A stretch of DNA of 64,000 bases from contig OZ024740.1 of the NCBI GenBank assembly GCA_964016885.1, forward strand, positions 415,896,001 to 415,960,000, written 5' to 3'. The notes under the pieces are model-generated. The model saw nothing but the letters and a program-made list of their open reading frames with translations. It was not told the origin of the DNA and made no database searches. Of this stretch, positions 28,601-43,320 are shown in pieces. Position 1 is the first letter of the stretch; the number at the start of each line of letters is the position of its first letter. Source of the stretch: Eledone cirrhosa. Its lineage: Eukaryota. The translations under genes were made by a program, and so were the position numbers.

Positions 28601-31600
28601 CTTTAGAATTGCTCAATTTATTCACTACTCAAACCTTTAGAATTGCTAAATTTATTCACTACTCAAACCTTTTGAATTGCTAAATTTATTTACTACTCAA
28701 ACCTTTAGAATTGCTAAATTTATTTACTATTCAAACCTTTAGAATTGCTAAATTTATTTTCTAGTCACACCTTTAGAATTGCTAAATGTATTTACTACTC
28801 ACACCTTTAGAATTGCTAAATTTATTTACTAATCAAACCTTTAGAATTGCTAAATTAATTTACTATTCAAACCTTTAGAATTGCTAAATTTATTTTCTAG
28901 TCACACCTTTAGAATTGCTAAATGTATTTACTACTCATACCTTTAGAATTGCTCAATTTATTTACTACTCAACCTTTAGAATTGCTAAATTTATTTATTA
29001 CTCAAACCTTTAGAATTGCTAAATTTATTTACTATTCAAACCTTTAGAATTGCTAAATTTATTAACTACTCAAACCTTTAGAATCGCTAAATGTATTTAC
29101 TACTCAAACCTTTGGTATTGCTAAATTTATTACTACTCAAACCTTTAGAATTGCTAAATTTATTTACTACTCAAACCTTTAGAATTGGTAAATTTATTTA
29201 CTACTCAAACCTTTAGAATTGCTAAATTTATTCACTATTCAATCCTTTAGAATTGCTAAATTTATTTACTACTCAAACCTTTAGAATTGCTAAATGTATT
29301 TACTACTAACACCTTTAGAATTGCTAAATTTATTTACTACTCAAACCTTTAGAATTGCTAAATTTATTTACTACTCAAACCTTTAGAATTGCTAAATTTA
29401 TTAACTGCTCAAACCTTTAGAATTGCTAAATTTATTCACTACTCAAACTTTTAGAATTGCTCAAATCATTTAGTACTCAAACCTTTAGAATTGCTAAATT
29501 TATTTACTATTCAAACCTTTAGAATTGCTAAATTTATTTACTACTCAAACCTTTAGAATTTCTAAATGTATTTACTACTCACAACTTTAGAATTGCTAAA
29601 TTTATTTACTACTCAAACCTTTAGTATTGCTAAATTTATTTACTACTCAAACCTTTAGAATTGCTAAATTTATTAACTATTCAAACCTTTAGAATTGATA
29701 AATTTATTTACTACTCAAACCTTTAGAATTGCTAAATTTATGAACTACTCAAACCTTTAGAATTGCTAAATTTATTAACTACTCAAACCTTTAGAATTGC
29801 TAAATTTATTCACTACTCAAACCTTTAGAATTGCTAAATTTATTCACTACTCAAACCTTTAGAATTGCTAAATTTATTAACTATTCAAACCTATAGAATT
29901 GCTAAAATTATTTACTACTCAAACCTTTAGAATTGCTAAATTTATTTACTATTCAAACCATTAGAATTGATGAATTTATTTACTACTCAAACCTTTAGAA
30001 TTGCTAAATTTATTTATTACTCAAACCTTTAGAATTGCTAAATTATTACTACTCAAACCTTTAGAATTGCTAAATTTATTAACTACTCAAGCCTTTAGAA
30101 TTGCTAAATTTATTTACTACTCAAACCTTTAGAATTGCTCAATTTATTCACTACTCAAACCTTTAGAATTGCTAAATTTATTCACTACTCAAACCTTTTG
30201 AATTGCTAAATTTATTTACTTCTCAAACCTTTAGAATTGCTAAATTTATTTACTATTCAAACCTTTAGAATTGCTAAATTTATTTTCTAGTCACACCTTT
30301 AGAATTGCTAAATGTATTTACTACTCACACCTTTAGAATTGCTAAATTTATTTACTAATCAAACCTTTAGAATTGCTAAATTAATTTACTATTCAAACCT
30401 TTAGAATTGTTAAATATATTTTCTAGTCACACCTTTAGAATTGCTAAATGTATTTACTACTCATACCTTTAGAATTGCTAAATTTATTTACTACTCAACC
30501 TTTAGAATTGCTAAATTTATTTATTACTCAAACCTTTAGAATTGCTAAATTTATTTACTACTCAAACCTTTAGAATTGCTAAATTTATTTACTATTCAAA
30601 CCTTTAGAATTGCTAAATTTATTTACTAGTCACACCTTTAGAATTGCTAAATGTATTTACTACTCACACCTTTAGAATTGCTAAATTTATTTACTAATCA
30701 AACCTTTAGAATTGCTAAATTAATTTACTATTCAAACCTTTAGAATTGCTAAATTTATTTACTAGTCACACCTTAAGAATTGCTAAATGTATTTACTACT
30801 CATACCTTTAGAATTGCTGAATTTATTTACTACTCAAACCTTTAGAATTGCTAAATTTATTTACTACTCAAACCTTTAGAATTGCTAAATTTATTTACTA
30901 TTCAAACCTTTAGAATTGCTAAATTTATTAACTACTCAAACCTTTAGAATCGCTAAATCTATTTACTACTCAAACCTTTGGTATTGCTAAATTTATTACT
31001 ACTCAAACCTTTAGAATTGCTAAATTTATTAACTACTCAAACCTTTAGAATTGCTAAATTTATTTACTACTCAAACCTTTAGAATTGCTAAATTTATTCA
31101 CTACTCAAACCTTTAGAATTGCTAAATTTATTCACTACTCAAACTTTTAGAATTGCTCAAATTATTTACTACTCAAACCTTTAGAATTGCTAAATTTATT
31201 TACTATTCAAACCTTTAGAATTTCTAAATGTATTTACTACTCACAACTTTAGAATTGCTAAATTTATTTACTACTCAAACCTTTAGTATTGCTAAATTTA
31301 TTTACTACTCAAACCTTTAGAATTGCTAAATTTATTACTACTCAAACCTTTAGAATTGCTAAATTTATTAACTACTCAAACCTTTAGAATTGCTAAATTT
31401 ATTTACTACTCAAACCTTTAGAATTGCTCAATTTATTCACTACTCAAACCTTTAGAATTGCTAAATTTATTCACTACTCAAACCTTTTGAATTGCTAAAT
31501 TTATTTACTACTCAAACCTTTAGAATTGCTAAATTTATTTACTATTCAAACCTTTAGAATTGCTAAATTTATTTTCTAGTCACACCTTTAGAATTGCTAA

Positions 31601-33460
31601 ATGTATTTACTACTCACACCTTTAGAATTGCTAAATTTATTTACTAATCAAACCTTTAGAATTGCTAAATTAATTTACTATTCAAACCTTTAGAATTGCT
31701 AAATTTATTTTCTAGTCACACCTTTAGAATTGCTAAATGTATTTACTACTCATACCTTTAGAATTGCTCAATTTATTTACTACTCAACCTTTAGAATTGC
31801 TAAATTTATTTATTACTCAAACCTTTAGAATTGCTAAATTTATTTACTATTCAAACCTTTAGAATTGCTAAATTTATTAACTACTCAAACCTTTAGAATC
31901 GCTAAATGTATTTACTACTCAAACCTTTGGTATTGCTAAATTTATTACTACTCAAACCTTTAGAATTGCTAAATTTATTTACTACTCAAACCTTTAGAAT
32001 TGGTAAATTTATTTACTACTCAAACCTTTAGAATTGCTAAATTTATTCACTATTCAATCCTTTAGAATTGCTAAATTTATTTACTACTCAAACCTTTAGA
32101 ATTGCTAAATTTATTTACTACTCAAACCTTTAGAATTGCTAAATTTATTAACTACTCAAACCTTTAGAATTGCTAAATTTATTTACTACTCAAACCTTTA
32201 GAATTGCTAAATGTATTTACTACTAACACCTTTAGAATTGCTAAATTTATTTACTACTCAAACCTTTAGAATTGCTAAATTTATTTACTACTCAAACCTT
32301 TAGAATTGCTAAATTTATTAACTGCTCAAACCTTTAGAATTGCTAAATTTATTCACTACTCAAACTTTTAGAATTGCTCAAATCATTTAGTACTCAAACC
32401 TTTAGAATTGCTAAATTTATTTACTATTCAAACCTTTAGAATTGCTAAATTTATTTACTACTCAAACCTTTAGAATTTCTAAATGTATTTACTACTCACA
32501 ACTTTAGAATTGCTAAATTTATTTACTACTCAAACCTTTAGTATTGCTAAATTTATTTACTACTCAAACCTTTAGAATTGCTAAATTTATTAACTATTCA
32601 AACCTTTAGAATTGATAAATTTATTTACTACTCAAACCTTTAGAATTGCTAAATTTATGAACTACTCAAACCTTTAGAATTGCTAAATTTATTAACTACT
32701 CAAACCTTTAGAATTGCTAAATTTATTCACTACTCAAACCTTTAGAATTGCTAAATTTATTCACTACTCAAACCTTTAGAATTGCTAAATTTATTAACTA
32801 TTCAAACCTATAGAATTGCTAAAATTATTTACTACTCAAACCTTTAGAATTGCTAAATTTATTTACTATTCAAACCATTAGAATTGATGAATTTATTTAC
32901 TACTCAAACCTTTAGAATTGCTAAATTTATTTATTACTCAAACCTTTAGAATTGCTAAATTATTACTACTCAAACCTTTAGAATTGCTAAATTTATTAAC
33001 TACTCAAGCCTTTAGAATTGCTAAATTTATTTACTACTCAAACCTTTAGAATTGCTCAATTTATTCACTACTCAAACCTTTAGAATTGCTAAATTTATTC
33101 ACTACTCAAACCTTTTGAATTGCTAAATTTATTTACTTCTCAAACCTTTAGAATTGCTAAATTTATTTACTATTCAAACCTTTAGAATTGCTAAATTTAT
33201 TTTCTAGTCACACCTTTAGAATTGCTAAATGTATTTACTACTCACACCTTTAGAATTGCTAAATTTATTTACTAATCAAACCTTTAGAATTGCTAAATTA
33301 ATTTACTATTCAAACCTTTAGAATTGTTAAATATATTTTCTAGTCACACCTTTAGAATTGCTAAATGTATTTACTACTCATACCTTTAGAATTGCTAAAT
33401 TTATTTACTACTCAACCTTTAGAATTGCTAAATTTATTTATTACTCAAACCTTTAGAATT
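23150..33460. repeat. Three tandem copies of a 2917-bp (86-monomer) unit, with the middle copy lengthened by a net 1561 bp through an internal duplication
   Basis: CTGAA at 23422/26339/30817 (spacings 2917, 4478), AAGCC at 25611/30089/33006 (4478, 2917) and CTCAAATCAT at 24982/27899/29460/32377 (2917, 1561, 2917). Confidence 0.88.
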
Positions 33461-36400
33461 GCTAAATTTATTTACTATTCAAACGTTTAGAATCGCTAAA
33501 TGTATTTACTACTCAAACCTTTGGTATTGCTAAATTTATTACTACTCAAACCTTTAGAATTGCTAAATTTATTAACTACTCAAACCTTTAGAATTGGTAA
33601 ATTTATTTACTACTCAAACCTTTAGAATGGCTAAATTTATTCACTATTCAATCCTTTAGAATTGCTAAATTTATTTACTACTCAAACCTTTAGAATTGCT
33701 AAATTTATTTACTACTCAAACCTTTAGAATTGCTAAATTTATTAACTACTCAAACCTTTAGAATTGCTAAATTTATTTACTACTCAAACCTTTAGAATTG
33801 CTAAATGTATTTACTACTAACACCTTTAGAATTGCTAAATTTATTTACTACTCAAACCTTTAGAATTGCTAAATTTATTTACTACTCAAACCTTTAGAAT
33901 TGCTAAATTTATTAACTGCTCAAACCTTTAGAATTGCTAAACGTATTTACTACTCAAACCTTTGGAATTGCTAAATTTATTTACTACTCAAACCTTTAGA
34001 ATTGATAAATTTATTTACTACTCAAACCTTTAGAATTGCTAAATTTATTTACTATTCAAACCTTTAGAATTGCTAAATTTATTCACTACTCAAACCTTTA
34101 GAATTGCTAAATTTATTTACTACTCAAACCATTAGAATTGATGAATTTATTTACTACTCTAACCTTTAGAATTGCTAAATTTATTCACTACTCAAACTTT
34201 TAGAATTGCTCAAATTATTTACTACTCAAACCTTTAGAATTGCTAAATTTATTTACTATTCAAACCTTTAGAATTGCTAAATTTATTTACTACTCAAACC
34301 TTTAGAATTTCTAAATGTATTTACTACTCACAACTTTAGAATTGCTAAATTTATTTACTACTCAAACCTTTAGTATTGCTAAATTTATTTACTACTCAAA
34401 CCTTTAGAATTGCTAAATTTATTAACTATTCAAACCTTTAGAATTGATAAATTTATTTACTACTCAAACCTTTAGAATTGCTAAATTTATGAACTACTCA
34501 AACCTTTAGAATTGCTAAATTTATTAACTACTCAAACCTTTAGAATTGCTAAATTTATTCACTACTCAAACCTTTAGAATTGCTAAATTTATTCACTACT
34601 CAAACCTTTAGAATTGCTAAATTTATTAACTACTCAAACCTTTAGAATTGCTAAATTAATTTACTACTCAAACCTTTAGAATTGCTAAATTTATTAACTA
34701 TTCAAACCTATAGAATTGGTAAAATTATTTACTACTCAAACCTTTAGAATTGCTAAATTTATTTACTATTCAAACCTTTAGAATTGATGAATTTATTTAC
34801 TACTCAAACCTTTAGAATTGCTAAATTTATTTATTACTCAAACCTTTAGAATTGCTAAATTTATTACTACTCAAACCTTTAGAATTGCTAAATTTATTAA
34901 CTACTCAAACCTTTAGAATTGCTAAATTTATTTACTACTCAAACCTTTAGAATTGCTCAATTTATTCACTACTCAAACCTTTAGAATTGCTAAATTTATT
35001 CACTACTCAAACCTTTTGAATTGCTAAATTTATTTACTACTCAAACCTTTAGAATTGCTAAATTTATTTACTATTCAAACCTTTAGAATTGCTAAATTTA
35101 TTTTCTAGTCACACCTTTAGAATTGCTAAATGTATTTACTACTCACACCTTTAGAATTGATAAATTTATTTACTACTCAAACCTTTAGGATTGCTAAATT
35201 TATTTACTATTCAAACCTTTAGAATTGCTAAATTTATTCACTACTCAAACCTTTAGAATTGCTAAATTTATTTACTACTCAAACCATTAGAATTGATGAA
35301 TTTATTTACTACTCAAACCTTTAGAATTGCTAAATTTATTTACAACTCAAACCTTTAGAATTGCTAAATTTATTACTAGTCAAACCTTTAGAATTGCTAA
35401 ATTTATTAACTACTCAAACCTTTAGAATTGCTAAATTTATTACTACTCAAACCTTTAGAATTGCTAAATTTATTAACTACTCAAACCTTTAGAATTGCTA
35501 AATTTATTTACTACTCAAACCTTTAGAATTGCTAAATTTATTTACTATTCAAACCTTTAGAATTGATGAATTTATTTACTACTCAAACCTTTAGAATTGC
35601 TAAATGTATTTACTACTAACACCTTTAGAATTGCTAAATTTATTTACTACTCAAACCTTTAGAATTGCTAAATTTATTTACTACTCAAACCTTTAGAATT
35701 GCTAAATTTATTTACTATTCAAACCTTTAGAATTGATGAATTTATTTACTACTCAAACCTTTAGAATTGCTAAATGTATTTACTACTAACACCTTTAGAA
35801 TTGCTCAAATCATTTAGTACTCAAACCTTTAGAATTGCTAAATTTATTTACTATTCAAACCTTTAGAATTGCTAAATTTATTCACTACTCAAACCTTTAG
35901 AATTGCTAAATTTATTTACTACTCAAACCATTAGAATTGATGAATTTATTTACTACTCTAACCTTTAGAATTGCTAAATTTATTCACTACTCAAACTTTT
36001 AGAATTGCTCAAATTATTTACTACTCAAACCTTTAGAATTGCTAAATTTATTTACTATTCAAACCTTTAGAATTGCTAAATTTATTTACTACTCAAACCT
36101 TTAGAATTTCTAAATGTATTTACTACTCACAACTTTAGAATTGCTAAATTTATTTACTACTCAAACCTTTAGTATTGCTAAATTTATTTACTACTCAAAC
36201 CTTTAGAATTGCTAAATTTATTAACTATTCAAACCTTTAGAATTGATAAATTTATTTACTACTCAAACCTTTAGAATTGCTAAATTTATGAACTACTCAA
36301 ACCTTTAGAATTGCTAAATTTATTAACTACTCAAACCTTTAGAATTGCTAAATTTATTCACTACTCAAACCTTTAGAATTGCTAAATTTATTCACTACTC

Positions 36401-39400
36401 AAACCTTTAGAATTGCTAAATTTATTAACTATTCAAACCTATAGAATTGCTAAAATTATTTACTACTCAAACCTTTAGAATTGCTAAATTTATTTACTAT
36501 TCAAACCATTAGAATTGATGAATTTATTTACTACTCAAACCTTTAGAATTGCTAAATTTATTTATTACTCAAACCTTTAGAATTGCTAAATTATTACTAC
36601 TCAAACCTTTAGAATTGCTAAATTTATTAACTACTCAAACCTTTAGAATTGCTAAATTTATTTACTACTCAAACCTTTAGAATTGCTCAATTTATTCACT
36701 ACTCAAACCTTTAGAATTGCTAAATTTATTCACTACTCAAACCTTTTGAATTGCTAAATTTATTTACTTCTCAAACCTTTAGAATTGCTAAATTTATTTA
36801 CTATTCAAACCTTTAGAATTGCTAAATTTATTTTCTAGTCACACCTTTAGAATTGCTAAATGTATTTACTACTCACACCTTTAGAATTGCTAAATTTATT
36901 TACTAATCAAACCTTTAGAATTGCTAAATTAATTTACTATTCAAACCTTTAGAATTGTTAAATATATTTTCTAGTCACACCTTTAGAATTGCTAAATGTA
37001 TTTACTACTCATACCTTTAGAATTGCTAAATTTATTTACTACTCAACCTTTAGAATTGCTAAATTTATTTATTACTCAAACCTTTAGAATTGCTAAATTT
37101 ATTTACTATTCAAACGTTTAGAATCGCTAAATGTATTTACTACTCAAACCTTTGGTATTGCTAAATTTATTACTACTCAAACCTTTAGAATTGCTAAATT
37201 TATTAACTACTCAAACCTTTAGAATTGGTAAATTTATTTACTACTCAAACCTTTAGAATGGCTAAATTTATTCACTATTCAATCCTTTAGAATTGCTAAA
37301 TTTATTTACTACTCAAACCTTTAGAATTGCTAAATTTATTTACTACTCAAACCTTTAGAATTGCTAAATTTATTAACTACTCAAACCTTTAGAATTGCTA
37401 AATTTATTTACTACTCAAACCTTTAGAATTGCTAAATGTATTTACTACTAACACCTTTAGAATTGCTAAATTTATTTACTACTCAAACCTTTAGAATTGC
37501 TAAATTTATTTACTACTCAAACCTTTAGAATTGCTAAATTTATTAACTGCTCAAACCTTTAGAATTGCTAAACGTATTTACTACTCAAACCTTTGGAATT
37601 GCTAAATTTATTTACTACTCAAACCTTTAGAATTGATAAATTTATTTACTACTCAAACCTTTAGAATTGCTAAATTTATTTACTATTCAAACCTTTAGAA
37701 TTGCTAAATTTATTCACTACTCAAACCTTTAGAATTGCTAAATTTATTTACTACTCAAACCATTAGAATTGATGAATTTATTTACTACTCTAACCTTTAG
37801 AATTGCTAAATTTATTCACTACTCAAACTTTTAGAATTGCTCAAATTATTTACTACTCAAACCTTTAGAATTGCTAAATTTATTTACTATTCAAACCTTT
37901 AGAATTGCTAAATTTATTTACTACTCAAACCTTTAGAATTTCTAAATGTATTTACTACTCACAACTTTAGAATTGCTAAATTTATTTACTACTCAAACCT
38001 TTAGTATTGCTAAATTTATTTACTACTCAAACCTTTAGAATTGCTAAATTTATTAACTATTCAAACCTTTAGAATTGATAAATTTATTTACTACTCAAAC
38101 CTTTAGAATTGCTAAATTTATGAACTACTCAAACCTTTAGAATTGCTAAATTTATTAACTACTCAAACCTTTAGAATTGCTAAATTTATTCACTACTCAA
38201 ACCTTTAGAATTGCTAAATTTATTCACTACTCAAACCTTTAGAATTGCTAAATTTATTAACTACTCAAACCTTTAGAATTGCTAAATTAATTTACTACTC
38301 AAACCTTTAGAATTGCTAAATTTATTAACTATTCAAACCTATAGAATTGGTAAAATTATTTACTACTCAAACCTTTAGAATTGCTAAATTTATTTACTAT
38401 TCAAACCTTTAGAATTGATGAATTTATTTACTACTCAAACCTTTAGAATTGCTAAATTTATTTATTACTCAAACCTTTAGAATTGCTAAATTTATTACTA
38501 CTCAAACCTTTAGAATTGCTAAATTTATTAACTACTCAAACCTTTAGAATTGCTAAATTTATTTACTACTCAAACCTTTAGAATTGCTCAATTTATTCAC
38601 TACTCAAACCTTTAGAATTGCTAAATTTATTCACTACTCAAACCTTTTGAATTGCTAAATTTATTTACTACTCAAACCTTTAGAATTGCTAAATTTATTT
38701 ACTATTCAAACCTTTAGAATTGCTAAATTTATTTTCTAGTCACACCTTTAGAATTGCTAAATGTATTTACTACTCACACCTTTAGAATTGATAAATTTAT
38801 TTACTACTCAAACCTTTAGGATTGCTAAATTTATTTACTATTCAAACCTTTAGAATTGCTAAATTTATTCACTACTCAAACCTTTAGAATTGCTAAATTT
38901 ATTTACTACTCAAACCATTAGAATTGATGAATTTATTTACTACTCAAACCTTTAGAATTGCTAAATTTATTTACAACTCAAACCTTTAGAATTGCTAAAT
39001 TTATTACTAGTCAAACCTTTAGAATTGCTAAATTTATTAACTACTCAAACCTTTAGAATTGCTAAATTTATTACTACTCAAACCTTTAGAATTGCTAAAT
39101 TTATTAACTACTCAAACCTTTAGAATTGCTAAATTTATTTACTACTCAAACCTTTAGAATTGCTAAATTTATTTACTATTCAAACCTTTAGAATTGATGA
39201 ATTTATTTACTACTCAAACCTTTAGAATTGCTAAATTTATTTATTACTCAAACCTTTAGAATTGCTAAATTTATTACTACTCAAACCTTTAGAATTGCTA
39301 AATTTATTAACTACTCAAACCTTTAGAATTGCTAAATTTATTTACTACTCAAACCTTTAGAATTGCTAAATTTATTCACTACTCAAACCTTTAGAATTGC

Positions 39401-39930
39401 TAAATTTATTCACTACTCAAACCTTTTGAATTGCTAAATTTATTTACTACTCAAACCTTTAGAATGCTAAATTTATTTACTATTCAAACCTTTAGAATTG
39501 CTAAATTTATTTACTAGTCACACCTTTAGAATTGCTAAATGTATTTACTACTCACACCTTTAGAATTGCTAAATTTATTTACTAATCAAACCTTTAGAAT
39601 TGCTAAATTAATTTACTATTCAAACCTTTAGAATTGCTAAATTTATTTACTAGTCACACCTTTAGAATTGCTAAATGTATTTACTACTCATACCTTTAGA
39701 ATTGCTAAATTTATTTACTACTCAAACCTCTAGAATTGCTAAATTTATTTACTACTCAAACCTTTAGAATTGCTAAATTTATTTACTATTCAAACCTTTA
39801 GAATTGCTAAATTTATTAACTACTCAAACCTTTAGAATCGCTAAATCTATTTACTACTCAAACCTTTGGTATTGCTAAATTTATTACTACTCAAACCTTT
39901 AGAATTGCTAAATTTATTAACTACTCAAAC
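33450..39930. repeat. Two further copies of the block beginning near 8.9 kb (offsets about 24,562 and 28,193-28,227 bp, 3631 bp apart)
   Basis: TATTCAAACG at 8914/33476/37107. GAATGC deletion at 11235/39462 and TCTAGA at 11502/39729 have offset 28,227. Confidence 0.82.
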
Positions 39931-42900
39931 CTTTAGAATTGCTAAATTTATTTACTACTCAAACCTTTAGAATTGCTAAATTTATTCACTACTCAAACCT
40001 TTAAAATTGCTAAATTTATTCACTACTCAAACTTTTAGAATTGCTCAAATTATTTACTACTCAAACCTTTAGAATTGCTAAATTTATTTACTATTCAAAC
40101 CTTTAGAATTGCTAAATTTATTTACTACTCAAACCTTTAGAATTTCTAAATGTATTTACTACTCACAACTTTAGAATTGCTAAATTTATTTACTACTCAA
40201 ACCTTTAGTATTGCTAAATTTATTTACTACTCAAACCTTTATAATTGCTAAATTTATTACTACTCAAACCTTTAGAATTGCTAAATTTATTAACTACTCA
40301 AACCTTTAGAATTGCTAAATTTATTTACTACTCAAACCTTTAGAATTGCTCAATTTATTCACTACTCAAACCTTTAGAATTGCTAAATTTATTCACTACT
40401 CAAACCTTTTGAATTGCTAAATTTATTTACTACTCAAACCTTTAGAATTGCTAAATTTATTTACTATTCAAACCTTTAGAATTGCTAAATTTATTTTCTA
40501 GTCACACCTTAAGAATTGCTAAATGTATTTACTACTCACACCTTTAGAATTGCTAAATTTATTTACTAATCAAACCTTTAGAATTGCTAAATTAATTTAC
40601 TATTCAAACCTTTAGAATTGCTAAATTTATTTACTAGTCACACCTTTAGAATTGCTAAATGTATTTACTACTCATACCTTTAGAATTGCTAAATTTATTT
40701 ACTACTCAAACCTTTAGAATTGCTAAATTTATTTACTACTCAAACCTTTAGAATTGCTAAATTTATTTACTATTCAAACCTTTAGAATTGCTAAATTTAT
40801 TAACTACTCAAACCTTTAGAATCGCTAAATCTATTTACTACTCAAACCTTTGGTATTGCTAAATTTATTACTACTCAAACCTTTAGAATTGCTAAATTTA
40901 TTAACTACTCAAACCTTTAGAATTGCTAAATTTATTTACTACTCAAACCTTTAGAATTGCTAAATTTATTCACTACTCAAACCTTTAGAATTGCTAAATT
41001 TATTCACTACTCAAACTTTTAGAATTGCTCAAATTATTTACTACTCAAACCTTTAGAATTGCTAAATTTATTTACTATTCAAACCTTTAGAATTGCTAAA
41101 TTTATTTACTACTCAAACCTTTAGAATTTCTAAATGTATTTACTACTCACAACTTTAGAATTGCTAAATTTATTTACTACTCAAACCTTTAGTATTGCTA
41201 AATTTATTTACTACTCAAACCTTTAGAATTGCTAAATTTATTACTACTCAAACCTTTAGAATTGCTAAATTTATTAACTACTCAAACCTTTAGAATTGCT
41301 AAATTTATTTACTATTCAAACCTTTAGAATTGCTAAATTTATTTTCTAGTCACACCTTAAGAATTGCTAAATGTATTTACTACTCACACCTTTAGAATTG
41401 CTAAATTTATTTACTAATCAAACCTTTAGAATTGCTAAATTAATTTACTATTCAAACCTTTAGAATTGCTAAATTTATTTTCTAGTCACACCTTTAGAAT
41501 TGCTAAATGTATTTACTACTCATACCTTTAGAATTGCTAAATTTATTTACTACTCAACCTTTAGAATTGCTAAATTTATTTATTACTCAAACCTTTAGAA
41601 TTGCTAAATTTATTTACTATTCAAACCTTTAGAATTGCTAAATTTATTAACTACTCAAACCTTTAGAATCGCTAAATGTATTTACTACTCAAACCTTTGG
41701 TATTGCTAAATTTATTACTACTCAAACCTTTAGAATTGCTAAATTTATTAACTACTCAAACCTTTAGAATTGCTAAATTTATTTACTACTCAAACCTTTA
41801 GAATTGGTAAATTTATTTACTACTCAAACCTTTGGAATTGCTAAATTTATTTACTACTCAAACCTTTAGAATTGATAAATTTATTTACTACTCAAACCTT
41901 TAGAATTGCTAAATTTATTCACTAATCAATCCTTTAGAATTGCTAAATTTATTTACTACTCAAACCTTTAGAATTGCTAAATTTATTTACTACTCAAACC
42001 TTTAGAATTGCTAAATTTATTAACTACTCAAACCTTTAGAATTGCTAAATTTATTTACTACTCAAACCTTTAGAATTGCTAAATGTATTTACTACTAACA
42101 CCTTTAGAATTGCTAAATTTATTTACTACTCAAACCTTTAGAATTGCTAAATTTATTTACTACTCAAACCTTTAGAATTGCTAAATTTATTAACTGCTCA
42201 AACCTTTAGAATTGCTAAACGTATTTACTACTCAAACCTTTGGAATTGCTAAATTTATTTACTACTCAAACCTTTAGAATTGATAAATTTATTTACTACT
42301 CAAACCTTTAGAATTGCTAAATTTATTTACTATTCAAACCTTTAGAATTGCTAAATTTATTCACTACTCAAACCTTTAGAATTGCTAAATTTATTTACTA
42401 CTCAAACCATTAGAATTGATGAATTTATTTACTACTCAAACCTTTAGAATTGCTAAATTTATTCACTACTCAAACTTTTAGAATTGCTCAAATTATTTAC
42501 TACTCAAACCTTTAGAATTGCTAAATTTATTTACTATTCAAACCTTTAGAATTGCTAAATTTATTTACTACTCAAACCTTTAGAATTTCTAAATGTATTT
42601 ACTACTCACAACTTTAGAATTGCTAAATTTATTTACTACTCAAACCTTTAGTATTGCTAAATTTATTTACTACTCAAACCTTTAGAATTGCTAAATTTAT
42701 TAACTATTCAAACCTTTAGAATTGATAAATTCATTTACTACTCAAACCTTTAGAATTGCTAAATTTATGAACTACTCAAACCTTTATAATTGCTAAATTT
42801 ATTAACTACTCAAACCTTTAGAATTGCTAAATTTATTCACTACTCAAACCTTTAGAATTGCTAAATTTATTCACTACTCAAACCTTTAGAATTGCTAAAT

Positions 42901-43320
42901 TTATTAACTACTCAAACCTTTAGAATTGCTAAATTTATTAACTATTCAAACCTATAGAATTGCTAAAATTATTTACTCCTCAAACCTTTAGAATTGCTAA
43001 ATTTATTTACTATTCAAACCATTAGAATTGATGAATTTATTTACTACTCAAACCTTTAGAATTGCTAAATTTATTTATTACTCAAACCTTTAGAATTGCT
43101 AAATTTATTACTACTCAAACCTTTAGAATTGCTAAATTTATTAACTACTCAAACCTTTAGAATTGCTAAATTTATTTACTACTCAAACCTTTAGAATTGC
43201 TAAATTTATTCACTACTCAAACCTTTAGAATTGCTAAATTTATTAACTACTCAAACCTTTAGAATTGCTAAATTTATTAACTATTCAAACCTATAGAATT
43301 GCTAAAATTATTTACTCCTC
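39170..43320. repeat. Long-range copy of about 16,740-20,890 (offset about 22,427-22,495 bp)
   Basis: GAATGC at 17035/39462, TCTAGA at 17302/39729 and GATAAATTCATT at 20304/42731 have offset 22,427. CCTTTATAAT at 17741/40236 has offset 22,495. Whole-monomer indels lie between these markers. Confidence 0.8.
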
